A stretch of DNA of 64,000 bases, from NCBI RefSeq assembly GCF_009914755.1, contig NC_060945.1; one strand, 5' to 3'. The notes below the pieces were generated by a model. The model was not told the origin of the DNA. It saw only the letters and a program-made list of their open reading frames with translations, and ran no database searches. The stretch is from the human T2T-CHM13v2.0 reference genome, Homo sapiens. Below are positions 46,399-62,032 of this stretch, in pieces. Every line of letters starts with the position of its first letter. The first letter of the stretch is position 1. The position numbers were made by a program, and so were the translations under genes.

Positions 46399-46671
46399 GT
46401 CAGCTGGACCATTGCCCAGGGCTGTAATCTATAAGGAATGTCAAAATGTCATTGAAAGGCAATGAGGTGGAGAACATCTTATTTACTAGAACTCCCCTAG
46501 AGGGAGAATGTGTCTTGTAGTTCAAAGGGATACTTTGATAAATTACCAGTGGTGTGGGGTAAGGCAGAGGAGGGGGAGAGTTGGGAGGGTGGGAAATGGG
46601 AGAAGCCACTAGACTGGATGCCAAGGTAGCTTCCATATAGGAGAAGTACAGGAGTTTACTAATACTCTCCC

Positions 46672-46674
<3 letters not shown>

Positions 46675-46716
<42 letters not shown>
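46675..46716 (+). repeat. (AC)21 microsatellite
   Basis: Read directly from the sequence. Confidence 0.97.
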
Positions 46717-46718
<2 letters not shown>

Positions 46719-47599
46719 GTTAGTATTATCAAGTGTTTCCACCAGCAATTTATTTCATAAATTGCTAAATACATTTTAAGAATCTTAAACTCTGTACTAA
46801 ATAAACGTGCAGATTAAATACTGTTTTTAAAATTATACCTTTATTTGGATTCAGTTCCAAGGTCAACACCATCTCCTCCCCGAATACGAACTTAGCAGTT
46901 CTTGAGCCATTTCATCTAAAAAGCACAGAAACTTCTTGCTTATCAGAAGCATGTCTGACTTCCAGCAAATTATTTTTACTAGGAGAAACAAAATACTGTG
47001 GTATTTACCAGGAATTGTGATACTTCATTTATACACATACTTTATTTAATCCTTACCATGACCATAGATGACTTACATATGCTAAGAGCCAGGACTCTAG
47101 TCCAATTCAAATCTGTCTGACCCCAGAATCCTTAGCATTTTCAATGTGTTTCTGGAAATAGCCTTACCATAAACCGCAGTTGCACTTTTTACCACCTAAT
47201 GTGTTAGTGGGAATTATTTTATTATTACTTTCAGTTACAGAAAATAACTAGGCTAAGTATACTGAAATATGGAATACATGCTGCAGGAAAAACAAAACAA
47301 ACAACACAACAACAACAACAAAACAAAACAGAAAAACAGGGCACACGTTTTCCAAAAGAACAGCTTGGTCCAACATTGAAGTGCTGTTAGTTTGCTCTAT
47401 GCTGTGGTCACTGCTTCTTTCCACATGTCCCTTTCGTTTATTTCTCTCATGGAATATTAACTTCCTTTGTTCCTTATCTCCTATGGTAGAAATATACTGT
47501 CCACTGCAGCCTGAGAGTTTCTGGCCTGGCTTGACTATACGCTCCTGAGGATAGGAACTTGTCAAGTCCTGTTAACCCTGATTCCCAGTTCTTTACCTC

Positions 47600-48734
<1,135 letters not shown>

Positions 48735-50403
48735 TATCTGTGCTTTTAAAATGTAGATCACTAACTAGTTGTCCCCCAAATGAGTCAATGTATGAATGAA
48801 TGAATGAATATTTAGTTGCCTGTTAATCTATAAGAATTATGACTCATCTTCTTTTTTACTTTTTAATTGATGACCTAAAATTACATTTAGATTTGCTAGA
48901 TTCATTCATACCAGCTATAGCAAATAGGGGAGCATTTTTCTAATGGTAATGACATGGATAATGTATTTAACTTCTAACGTTAATACTAAGTTTTAAGGGG
49001 GCAACTATTGACTAAAGGTTAAGCTAGAGTTTAAATTATTTTAGAGCTAAAGTCACAGTTTTAGATAGATGATTCCCAATATTAAACAGATTTATGAATA
49101 GCATAATATTGTTAAGTTATTTAATATATGATGTATAGCTCATGATCTCTTACCAATGTACTAGGAAACTACATTGCCCAAATTCTGAGTCATGCATACT
49201 TTATGAAGAATTTTCAAGATAAAGGCACTGGGTAGATGCTATTAGGAATAATGCTTTAGAGATATGTCACATTACAGCGTTTTTATGCCTTTTACACCTA
49301 AAAGGAATACTGTTCTTCTGTCTACAGTTCTCCAAAGACTCAGGCCCATTTGAAACACATTCAGTTAGTATTCAGGTTTTATATGAACATGGCTGCCCAT
49401 TGTGTTATAATGTTATATTAACATATGGATATAACATCAACTGAAAACATAAAATAACAAATTATACTCCAAGTACTTATAAAGAAGTACATAATCTCCT
49501 CTTTGATATCTCTTATAAAATAAAACCTGCCTAATGTAAACATACACATAGTATTTAGGGGTGACAGGAGGATGTTCCAGGCCTTCCAATCATAGACCTT
49601 TTGATCAACTCAGATCAACATAACTGAATATTTAACAACCATATTTTGACGGTTGACACTAAGTACACATTTTTTCCTTGAAACCTTTGTGATTCATTTT
49701 GGAGGACAGTACCTGAACACCAACTTCTACTTTAAGCTCAACCTGGTAAGACATAACAAAACTAAATTCTAAATGTTTATTTTCCTTGCTTCTCTGAATG
49801 AATTTCACTCATACTAAAGATGTGTAGGAAGTTGAGCTCATGGTGTTGTGTGGGTGTATTTTGTGCTTTCCACTTATTTTTGTGTAGCTTTGCGATTTTT
49901 GAGAATTACAGTCTTTCCAAGTAAAGAATTTTATGAAAAATGTTTATAGATTGAGATTGTGGAAATAAGCATGGTAATTACCCATTTTCTGCATTCTTTA
50001 GTAATGTCAGTATTTCTAAATAGCTAGCTCCATTATTCTTTCCATGATATCTCATTTTGGAGAAGCACTTATTAAATTTTGCAAAGCTTAGTGAAAATTT
50101 GGGTAGGGTCACATATGTAATATGGGTGCCAGGATAATTGGCCAATTAACTGCAATGCCTTAAGATTTGATTTCTTCTTACCAATCCAAGTAATTGTCTT
50201 TAACTCCTTAGGGACTCCTAAGTGGTGTTTCTGGAGAAAATACAGGATGTGCTATCAGCACAAGGCATTATAAGGAAGAACTACTTACAATTAAGTTTTA
50301 GACCCTCAAATATATTTGACATGTAATTTGGGCAGAGATAGTCAATAAATAACCAGTGTGTTTTGACTATGTGCTAGACATTTCTCTGGTATCAGGGGGA
50401 ATA

Positions 50404-50415
50404 AATATATATATT

Positions 50416-50463
<48 letters not shown>

Positions 50464-50556
50464 TATATATACACATATATGTAATATATATATACACATA
50501 TATATACATATAGGTATATATGTGTATAGAATATATGTATATATATGTGTATATAT
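50404..50556. repeat. (TA)n microsatellite with degenerate TA/CA/TG extension
   Basis: Pure alternating AT at 50418-50458 (41 nt), then interrupted RY repeats. Confidence 0.95.
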
Positions 50557-51170
50557 GGTTGAACAGAATTATTACTGCCTCAAATACAGCAACAAAAATG
50601 AAAAGGAAATTAGGATTGTCTTATTAGAAGGGCTTAAACTCTGATATAATTAATTTTAGCTTAAAGTAGTACTGAAAGAAACTCTTGGCAAGTGGAGTGA
50701 TGTAATCCTGGAAATATGCTGATTTTAGAAGTCTTTTGAATACATTTAGGGACATGAAATATTGAAGGTCAGAGGCTGGTACTGAAATTTTACTGATCAT
50801 TTTATTTGTGATGATCAAAGCCTTAAAAAAATTGTGATAATGGAAATATGGTGCTGTATTGGGAGCCAACCCAGATGCCCCATGACTAGTGAAGTTATAT
50901 GCATAAAATTATCTGTATATGCATGTGCTTATCATTATGCAAAGAGTAAGGCATACTGCATCAGAACCTTTCAGAATACAATGATTTTGGCAATGCTGTA
51001 TGGAACACAGTCATAGAGATGTTCTCATGTTAGAGCAGCAACATTGTTGAGGTATTTGAAAAATATAAAGATCATTTTTAACACAGAAAGTTTACTAAAT
51101 AATAATTCTTAAATGTTGCTCTAATAAATAGAGTTTGTACATGTTTCAGTCTCTTCAAGAGTATATGTGT

Positions 51171-51457
<287 letters not shown>

Positions 51458-53234
51458 AGAGTAAACGTGTGTGTGTGTGTATGTACATGCATGCATGCCT
51501 GTGTGTATGTGTATGTGTTGTAAGGTGTTTGATGAAGATTCTTTTCATGAACAGAAAAGAAACAATATTGTTTAGCTCCTTTTCCTGCCTTTTTCCACTT
51601 GGATGGGAAAATATATAAATAGTACAGTAACAAGAGAGCTAAAATTTAATATGAGCTGAATTCGAATGCTGATAAAATATTCTTTTATAACTGAAATAGG
51701 CACTGTTTAAGGAGCTTCAAGGAAAGCTAGACCTGTTCTTTCAAAGACCTGAGACAATATATTTATCAGGACTTTGGGTCTCAGTTTTACTGTACCCAAG
51801 GCAATTTTTGACATGTAATTTGGGCAGAGATAGTCAATAAATAACTAGTGGCTTTTGACTATGTGCCAGGCACTATTCTGGGCAACAGGAAAATATCAGA
51901 TAGTCAAAATCCCAGACCCTTAATTAGCTGGCACGAGGAGTCTCTAACATCTGGGAAAGAAAATACAACAAAAAACAGAAGTAGAAAAATCACAGTGAGT
52001 AAACGGAGTATGTGGGGGAAGGGTGGATTAAAAACTAGAGCAGATGTAGGGTACTGCTGTGTTTTCAGGGACCACAATTAATCACATTTTTTCTTCCCTT
52101 GTGAGTTACAAACCAACTGAGAAATAGACATGGAGTTGGACAGATGGAGAACAAAACTTTAGCTTTATTACTGCTAAAACTGGTTGGAAGGACATGACCT
52201 AGATATGTGGCCACAATCTGGTGTTCTAATACTTGCTCTCTGAGTTGAACTTCTCCATACAAAACTACAGCTTGCCCCAGTAGCATTACTGTGAGATTAG
52301 GGAACATAGCCAAATGCATTGTCCTGTCCTTAGCCAGGGGCTGAACCATGCATGCCCAGTTCCTTCTCTCTAGCTTATCAATTATATCTCATCCGTCCTG
52401 GTTATGGTGAATAAGGGGGATTTAAGGATAGGTAGACATGTTCTTTCAATACATGACCTTGGTGAGGATTTGAATGAGGATTTCTTTCCTCTGAAAATAT
52501 GAAGAGAGTCTGCTTCAGGTTCCCTTAGGTACAGGTGGGAAAACCCTGGGTAATAGGCCAGAGCCACATGACACAAATTAAAAGAAAAGAAAATCACAAG
52601 GTCTTTAGCAAATGTCTCCTGGTTGAAGCAGGTAGCTTGGAAACCTTGGTTGAAGTTTTGTCTGTTAACTCAGGGCAAGTGATTATCTTTGGCAATCATA
52701 AACTCCCCAAAGAAACAAAGCTGTTTTTTAAACTTAGAAGGACTAGCAGTGTAATGATTGAAGGTATAAGGGGTATACATAGCACAGGATAAATGCTGAG
52801 GGTGCCAGGGAGTTTTTCTCTGGGTAGAAAATCCAGTTTTTGCTGTCATGGTATGTGAGACAGTCAGACAAGAAGTAAACAGTATATCTGATATTTGATC
52901 ACAATCATAACACACCATACCACCAGGTCTTTGTTATTGCTCAGTACAAGCAACACTTATGGAAAATCAATGCTTAGGTAAATTACGTATAGTGGTCTAA
53001 GTCTGTGCACAAACCCCAGAGCACGAAGTCCAAAAACAAGAGCATGCAAGACAGCCCATCTGGCCTAGAAACATAGAATAAAGATTCCTAGTGAGTATAT
53101 GTTACCGGTACCTAATTAATATTTGGGTATACATTTTTATTTCTCAGATTTACTTAATTATGTCTCTGTTGCAGAAGTGAAAGTTTGAAAGGTGCTATAG
53201 AAATGAAAAAAAATCTTAAAAACTAGTTTCTACA

Positions 53235-53865
53235 TGTAGCAGGGAGAATTCTGAAAGTGGTTTCTCAAGATTCCCATACTTTGGTTATTCAATCAGACAC
53301 AAATCTAGGTACTGCTAGGAAGGGACTTTGAAGGTAGAATTAATTAACTCAATAATTGATTTTAAACTAGAGAGGTTATTCTGGATTATCCAGGTGGATC
53401 CAGTGTAGTCACATCAGTGTTTACAAGCAGCAGAGGAAGCTAATGGGTCAGTCAGATAAATGCCTCAAAAAGTAATGGCAGAGGTGAGTTGATGCAGAAG
53501 GGGAGGGTGGAGGGAGTCAAAAGTAAGAGAAAGACACCACCACATCTGCTAGCATTGAAGACGGGACCGAAAACAGGATGGAGGTGACTTTGGGAAGATG
53601 GCAAGAACACAGGCTGAAAGCTGGTAGGAAAATGGAAACCTCAGCCCCACAACCACATAGAACCAAATTCTGTAAACAGCCATAGAATCTCCAGAATGAA
53701 ATGCATTCCTGTGAGCACCTTGATTTTGGCCCTGTGCAGACGGCTAGCTGTTCCATATTGTGCCCATGCTTGTGACTCACAGAAACTGTGAAATAATAAA
53801 TGGGTGTTGTTTAAGCTGTTAAGTGTGTGGTCATTTATTACGGCAAAAATAGAGAACACTTTGCA
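53235..53865 (+). mobile_element. MLT1E-type MaLR LTR
   Basis: ttattcaatcagacacaaatctaggtactgct, ctggattatccaggtgg, cagaaactgtgaaataataaatgggtgttgtttaagc. Confidence 0.85.
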
Positions 53866-54470
53866 TAAATGCGTTTAGGATATTGTTAGGTAGGGCTTAC
53901 TTGGACTTGTGAGCGTGGCCTATTAGCTGATCCAAGAGCTGTTCAAACAGTCCAGTGCGCAGTAAAGTTAAGTTACCAGATTCCATCTAGCATATTTTGA
54001 AATAGAAATAAGAGAATTAGCTCTCACTTTAGAGGTTTGTGACCAAGTATACTCTCAGAAAGCTCTGTTGGTGTTCAATACGGAGGGCCACAAACTAGAT
54101 AGTGAATGTTTAAGTTAAAGGTTGTTGTAGGCAGAATAATGGCCCCAAAGATGTCCATGTGTCTGGAACTGGTGATTATATGTCAAAAAATAATTAAGAT
54201 TGCCAATGAATTATTAAGTGTTAATCGGCTGGTCTTAAAATAGAAAGATTATTATATAATAAAAATTAGGTGGGTCCAGTGTAACCCCAGGAGTCCTTAA
54301 AATAGTTTGAGTGAGATATAACTATGGAAGAAAGGCAGAGATTTGCAACTTTACTGACTTTGAAGACTGGAAAGAGGCCTCTATAACCTGGAAAAGGCAA
54401 TAAGTGAAATCTCTCCTAGAACCTTCAGAAAGGAACACAGCCCTGCTGGCACTTTAATTTTAACCTGATA

Positions 54471-54981
<511 letters not shown>

Positions 54982-55097
54982 GACTTGAAAGCCACCAAGA
55001 TTGTGATAATTTGCTTCAGCAGCAAATAGAAAACTAATGCAAAAGTAAATTGGCTTAAGTACAACTTAAATTGTTTCTACTCAATTTAAAACATTTA

Positions 55098-56289
55098 CAG
55101 TCACATGACAGTGTTTTAGTCAACCATGGACTGCGTATATGATGGTAATCTCATAAGACTATAATGGAATGAAAATTTCCTATCACCTAGTGACATTGTA
55201 GACTTTATTACATCATGGTGAAAACACATTATTCATGTGTTTGTGATGATGCTGATGTAAACAAAGCTACTGTGTTGCCAGTCAATAAACGCATAGCACA
55301 TACTTTTATGAATACTGCATAGTACTTGATATTGATGATCAATGTCTTTGTTACAGGTTTAGATATTGACTACACTATAATTTTATCATTATTTTAGAGT
55401 GTACCTTTTCTACTTGTTAAAAAAAGTTAACTGTAAAACAGCCTCATGCTGGTCTTTCAGGAGGTATTTCAGATGGCAGTTACCATAGGAGATGAAAGCT
55501 CTATGCTTGTTATTGCCCCTGAAGACTTTCCAGTGGGACACGGTGTGGAGGTAAAAGACAGTGATATTGATAATTCTGATTCTGATCTTGATCCTAGGCT
55601 AATGTATGTGTTTGCGTCACAGTTTTTAACAAAAAACATAAAACAGTTAAACCAAAAGAACTTTAAAAGTAGAAAAAAGCTTATAGAATAAGGTTATGAA
55701 GAAAGAAAGCATTTATGTACAGCTGTACAATGTGTTTGGGTTTCAAGCTATTACGAAAGTCAAAAAGTTAAAAAAAAACCTTTATAAAGTAAAAAAAGTT
55801 GCAGTAAGCTAAAGCTAAATTACAATTAAAAATAAAAATATTTTTAATAAATTGTTGTAGCCTAAGTGTACAGTGTATATAAAGTCTACAGTAGTGTATA
55901 GTAATGTTCTAGACCTTCACGTGCACTCACCACTCATTCATTCAGTCACCCTCAGCAACTTCTAGTCCTGCAAGTTCTATTCATGGTAAATGTCATACAT
56001 AGGCATATTATTTTTTCTTAATTTTTGTACTGTGTTTTACTGTATCTGTTCCATGTTTAGATATTCAAATACTTATCATTGTGTTATGATTGGCTGTAGT
56101 ATTCCGTACAATAATACGCTATAAAATTTTGTAGTCTAGGGGAAATAGGCTATACCACACAGCCTAGGTTTGTAGTACACTATAGTGTCTAGGTCTGTGT
56201 AAGCAAATTCTATCATGTCACATAATGATAAAATTACCTAAGGACACATTTTCCAGAAGGTATCTCCATCATTAAGCAATTCATGACTG
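55098..56289 (+). mobile_element. Tigger3b (TcMar-Tigger, non-autonomous)
   Basis: Ends cagtca.../...tgactg flanked by TA at 55096-55097 and 56290-56291; internal gccccTGAAGACtttccagtgggaca; about 1.2 kb. Confidence 0.88.
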
Positions 56290-56570
56290 TATTTAGTTCA
56301 GCTCCTTCAATGAACTATTCCTCTTATTTCATCCCTTTCATGTATTATACTCGACCTCCTAAATCTATTTCAATTCCAGTAATTCTTCAAAATCATACTC
56401 CTATGTATTTCATAATTTAATGTGCCCATGAATCACTTTCTTATTATCGTAGAATGTAAATTCTGATTCAAACTGGGGTGGGGCCTTAGATTCTGCATTT
56501 TTTATAAGCTGCTGGTACACAAAGCATACTTTGCTATCCTGAGCTGATAAGATTGCCACAGGTGGCACTA

Positions 56571-58737
56571 AAGGCATAACTTGTTTTATTACACCATGCT
56601 AATATTGCTCTTGACAGATATTTCATATTTTACAAATTGAATTTTTGTGGCAACCATGCCTTGAGTAAGTCTGTCAGTGCTATTTTTCCAGGAGCGTGTA
56701 CTCACCTCATGTCTCTGTGTCATGTTTCAGTAATTCTTACAATATTGCAAACTTTCTCACTAATGTATCTGTTACGGTGATCTGTGATCAGTGATCTTTG
56801 AAGATAAAATTGTAATTGTTTTGGGGCACCACGAACTGCACTCATATAAGACGGTGAATCCTTCAGTAAATGTTGTGTGTTCCTACTGTTTCATTCATTG
56901 GCCAGTCCCTCATTTTTCTCCCTCTTCTCTGGTCTCCCTATTCTCCAACACATAATAATATTGAAATTTGGTCAATTACCACCCCTACAATGGCCTCTAA
57001 GTGTTCAAGTGAAGGAAAGAGTCAAACAGGTCTCTCAATTTAAAACAAAATACAGAAGTGATTCACCAAATTTCCCAGGAAGTCATGTGAAAAGACAAGA
57101 TAGGCTGAAAGCTATCCTCTCACTTCAAACAGTTAGCCAAGTTGTTAATGAAAAGGAGAGTTATTGGAGGAAACTAAAAATGTTACTCCATTTAACACTT
57201 GGGTGAAAAGAAGGAAAAACAGCTTTATTGCTAATACAGAGAAAGCTTTATTAGTCTAGCTAGAAGACCAAACCAGTGGTAATATTCCCTTAAGCCATTG
57301 CCTAATCCGGAGCAATACCCTAGTATTATTCAATTTTGCAAAGGCTGTGGGAGCTAGAGAAGAAAAAGTTTGAAACTAGCAGAGGCTGGCACATGGAATT
57401 TTTAAAAAGAAGCCATCTTCATAAAAATGTTAGGTGAATTTGGAAATAGTGATGGAGAAGCTGCAGCAAGTTATCCAGAAGATCCAGATAAGATCATTGA
57501 TGAAGATGGCTACAGTAAACAACACATTCTCAGTGTAGGTGAAATAACATTCTATTGGAAGGAGATACCATCTATGTGACTTTCATAGCTACAGAGAAGT
57601 AAATGCCGGGCTTCAAACCTTCAAAGGACAGATGTCTCTCTTGGTGTGGGGCAGGGGGTGGCTAATGCAGCTGATGACTAATTTGAAGCCAATGCTTATT
57701 TACCATTTTGAAAGTCTAATGCCCTTAAGAATTATGCTAAATCTCCTCTGCCTGTGCATGTAAGCGGACCAACAAAGCCTGGATGACAGCACATAGCTTT
57801 ATAACATGATGTACTGAATATTTTAAGCCTACAGTTGAGACCTACTACGCAAGAAAAAAGATTCTTTCAAATATTACTGATTATTAATTGACAGTGAATC
57901 TTGTCACCCAAGAGCTCTGATGCAGATGTACAAGAAGATAAATGTTGTTTTCATGCCTGCTAAAACAACATCCATTCTACAGTTCATGGATCAAGCAGTA
58001 ATCTCAACTTTCAAGTCTTATTATTAAAGCAATACATTTCATAAGGCTGTAGCTTTTATAGATAGTGATTCCTCTGATGGATCTGGGCAAAGTAAATTGA
58101 AAACTTTCTGGAAAGGATTTACCACTCTACATGCCATTAAGAATGTTTGTAATGCATGGGAAGAAGTCAAAATGTCGTTAGTAACAGGAGTTAGGAATAA
58201 GTTGATTCCACCCTTCATGGAGGACTTGAGAGGTTCCAAATTATCAGTCAGAATGTAACTTCAAATGTGGCGGAAATAAAAAGAGAACTATAGTAAAAGT
58301 GGAGCATGACGATGTGACATAAGACTTGCTGCAATCTTATGACAAAACTTTAACAAACAAGGATTTCCTTCCTATGGATGAGCAAAGGAAGTGGTTTCTA
58401 GATGGAGTCTACACCTGGTGAAGATGCTATGAACATTGTTGAAATGTGGCAAAGGATTCAGAATATTACTAAAACTTAGTTGATAAAGCAGCAGCAAGTT
58501 TTGAGAGGACTGACTCTCATTTTCAAAGAAGTCCTACTGTGGATAAAATGCTATCAAAAACATTGAATCCTATAGAGAATTATTTTGTGAAACAAAGAGG
58601 CAATGGGTGCACCAAACTTTATTGTTGTCTTGTTTTAAGAAATTGGCACAACCACCTCAATCTTCAGTAACCACTCTCTGATCAGTCTGCAGCCATGACG
58701 TTGATGCAAAACCCTCCACCAGTAAAAAAAAATTTAC
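56571..58737 (+). mobile_element. Tigger1 DNA transposon, 3' end/TIR missing
   Basis: TA then aggcataacttgttttatt left end; colinear with remembered Tigger1 through accctccaccagtaaaaa. Confidence 0.92.
56990..58737 (+). pseudogene. Decayed Tigger1 pogo-family transposase ORF
   Basis: atggcctctaagtgttcaagtgaa (MASKCSSE) start; aaagcctggatgacagca and ttcatggatcaagcagtaat (DDE-region remnants); multiple frameshifts and stops. Confidence 0.8.
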
Positions 58738-60697
58738 TTCTTACATACTCTGTTGATAACTTGTGTGGATTATTATTCTCATTTTCCTTTTATTTTATGC
58801 AACACACATATATGCATAGTCATTTAGCACTCTTAGTCCTCTTACTATTTACTAAACTGCCTTGATTAAATGTCATATTGTATTGAATCACCTTTACATA
58901 ATTTCTTACATGATTTTTCATTCTATAAATATAAAATTTAATTAGGTAATTTCTAGAATCACAAAAATATCCATGCAGTAAAAACAGGTTCAATAACATT
59001 TAGTATTTTTAAGAGATTTACTTTTATTTTTCGGATTTTTTCATTTCATATCTGTGAGAACCATTATACATGGTCAATACTCTGCTTTAAAACTCATTAC
59101 TATCTAGTTATATTTTCTATAATAAAGTATTTCTTTTCCAATGTGTCACAAAGCTCATGATTTCAGGTTATATAAAGGAAATGGTGAATAAATTGCAAGG
59201 AAAATATTACCCTTCTTTCTTTCAAGCTAAATATGCATATTTCCATTCAGTAATCGCCAACATAGAGAGTGCCAGTATTAGATTTTTGTGAGCCATGCAG
59301 TGCTCTTAAGAATTTATAAAACAGGGAAACATAAAGTTTGAGTGAGTGCACCATGCAATGTTATGTGATATATAGCAGATTTTGTCAGTACTGTGGAAGC
59401 AGCCTTGCTCTGAAAGTTCTTTTCCGACTAGAGTTTGATTGAAGCACACGACTGAAAGAGAAAACAGTTATATTAATAAAATTCAGAAGTCAATGCTTTA
59501 TCTCAAAACACTGCCAAACTGCATACAATATAAACAGAGATAAAATGACATGCCTAAGACGAATAAAACATCATCTAAAAACAGAAAATAAAGCAGAAAA
59601 AGCATTTGCTATCATCACATTTCAAACACAATTGGAGAGGCCTGAAAGATAGCCCATATGAAAGAGAAAGCAATCACGGAACACAGTGCATGGCAAGGTG
59701 GGGAGTGGGAGGCCCAGAGCTCTCTAGAACATTTATTATCATTGCGGAGCTCAGAAAGTACTTTTCTTGTGAAGCCACTGACACTCGGTTTTCAATCCAG
59801 CCATATAAATGTGTAGCAATTTGAGAGTCAGCACAGAATGTTAAAGACAAAATTTTCCCCCATGGGTGTTATCAGATACTGCAAAGTCTTTAAGACTTGA
59901 AGGTTTTTCACATTTCCACGCTTCTGTGAATAAGAAAGAAATTTCTCCAAAAAAGAAAAGCAATTTTGTTTGCTGTGAGAGTTAGCGAATGGCCCTCCAT
60001 TCTGCTTCAGATGTTACTGTATTTCCACTATGCTTAAGATGTCTTTGTTTTATCCTAAATATACAGAATGTTTAAAGATAACCCAGGTAGAATATAAACA
60101 AATACGTAGATACTATTCTTTTATCTATAGCTTGTACTTTCAAATAGCTGTCCTTCACCAATGGATTGTTTTAAATAATTGTTTGTACAAAATACTTGTA
60201 ATCATTGCAAAAGCACATATAAATATATGTTAAATATGTTTTTAGAGGTAATATAAAAATTTGCCTCTAAATTTCACACAACAGTCCTCATTTTATATAC
60301 ATTCATTAAATCCCAAATAAAATTAATATAAAGAGAATATTATCTATACAGTGGCAATATTTGGTAAAGTTTCATTTGTAATATATGATTAGCAGACAAA
60401 GACTGAACCTGAACAGATGCCCTTATATTGGGAAGCCTATTGTAAAATTAATAGATTTTAATGTTATATGTAGAACCATTGTCCATAGCATTCCTCTTAG
60501 CAATTGTAAAACCATTAAAACCAATGATGAAATAGAAAAGTTAGTTGCATATTACCTTAAAAATTATCAACTATAAAAGAAAAGTAAGAGCTCTGCTTCA
60601 TTATATATTAGAATGGCATGTATGAAATGTTGGCTCCTTTCCAAATCATACAAAACAATTTACAGTTTTTGCAGAGGACTTAGAAGTACCTAACATA

Positions 60698-61128
60698 AAA
60701 GACATGGAATCAACCCAAGTGCCCATCAACAATAGGCTGAAGAAAACATGGTACATATACACCATGGAATACTATGCAGCCATGGAAAGGAATAGATCAT
60801 GTTCTTTGCAGGGACATGGATGAAGCTGGAAACCATCATCCTCAGCAAACTAACACAGGAACTGAGAACCAAACACCACATGTTCTCACTTAAAGTGGGA
60901 GCTGAACAATGAGAACACGTTGACACAGGGCGGGGAACAACACACACTGGGGCTTGTCAGGGGGTCGGGAGGGAGAGCATTAGGAAAGATAGCTAATACA
61001 TACTGGACTTAATACTTAGGTAATGGGTTGATAGGTGCAGCAAACCACCATGGCACATGTTTATCCATGTAACAAACCTGCACATCCTGCACATGTACCC
61101 CAGATCTAAAAAAAATACAAAAAATAAC
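60698..61128 (+). mobile_element. L1PA (about PA11-13) 3' end, 5'-truncated
   Basis: Typical L1PA 3'UTR and A tail; 14-bp TSD aagtacc(t/c)aacata at 60684-60697 and 61129-61142. Confidence 0.93.
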
Positions 61129-61546
61129 AAGTACCCAACATATATTGTTTCTTTTGAAGGTGATGAAATTTACATATACGGCAGTTTATAGAATTTCTCA
61201 AAGCTCACATCATGAATTAATGTCATAGTTGTATCTCAGTGTGTTAATTAAATGATGCTAAATAACTTATTACAGGGGTCAGAATATGTATGCATATTTT
61301 ATCACTAGTACTAGATATAAACCTGTTTATTTTATTTAAATTTTAGTTTTATATTCTATTTAATATCTTAATATTTACTCATAAATTTCACCTAAAATTA
61401 AAGTTGTAAATTATGCAGCAAATTAAAATTAAATTGAATTTCCAGAAATCACAGCATGTAATAATATTCCAAAGTTGATTTGGAGTGTGGCCAACACACC
61501 AAAGAATTAATGAACATACTTATCTATTGTCATACATAGTAATATC

Positions 61547-62032
61547 TAAATTATTCTACCAAAAAGAAACCTGCATTTATATGTTTATCATAGCACTACT
61601 CACAACAGCAAAGACATGGGATCAACCTCGGTGGCTATCGATAGTGGTGGTACATACACACCATAGAATACTAGGCCACCATAAAAAGAATGAAATCATG
61701 TCCTTTGTGGCAACATGGATGCAGCTGGAGGCCATTTTCGTAAGCAAATTAACGCAGAAACAGAAAACCAAATGCTGCATGTTCTCACTTATAAGTAAGA
61801 TATAAACAATGAGCACACACAGACACAAAGATGGGAACAATAGACACGGGATTTCAAAAGCGGGGAGAGAAGAAGGGAGGCAAAGGATGAAAAACTACCT
61901 ATTGGGTGCTACGTGCACTACTGGGACGACAGGATTATTAGAAGCACAAACCTCAGCATCCTACAAAATACCCATATAACAAACCTGCACATATACCCCC
62001 AAATTTAAAATTAAAATAAATAAAAAATAAAA
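61547..62032 (+). mobile_element. L1PA15/16-like 3' end
   Basis: gcaacatggatgcagctggaggccatt...gaaaaactacctattggg...aacaaacctgcacatataccc plus A tail. Confidence 0.9.

Noticed and set aside
46400-46774. 124-aa minus-strand ORF
   Set aside because: Runs through the (TG)n repeat (VCVCVC) and the C-rich complement of the G4 tract; a compositional artefact.
52065-52918. Cluster of 70-95 aa ORFs / possible old ERV fragment
   Set aside because: No recognisable gag/pol/env or cellular motifs; I could not assign a family from sequence alone.
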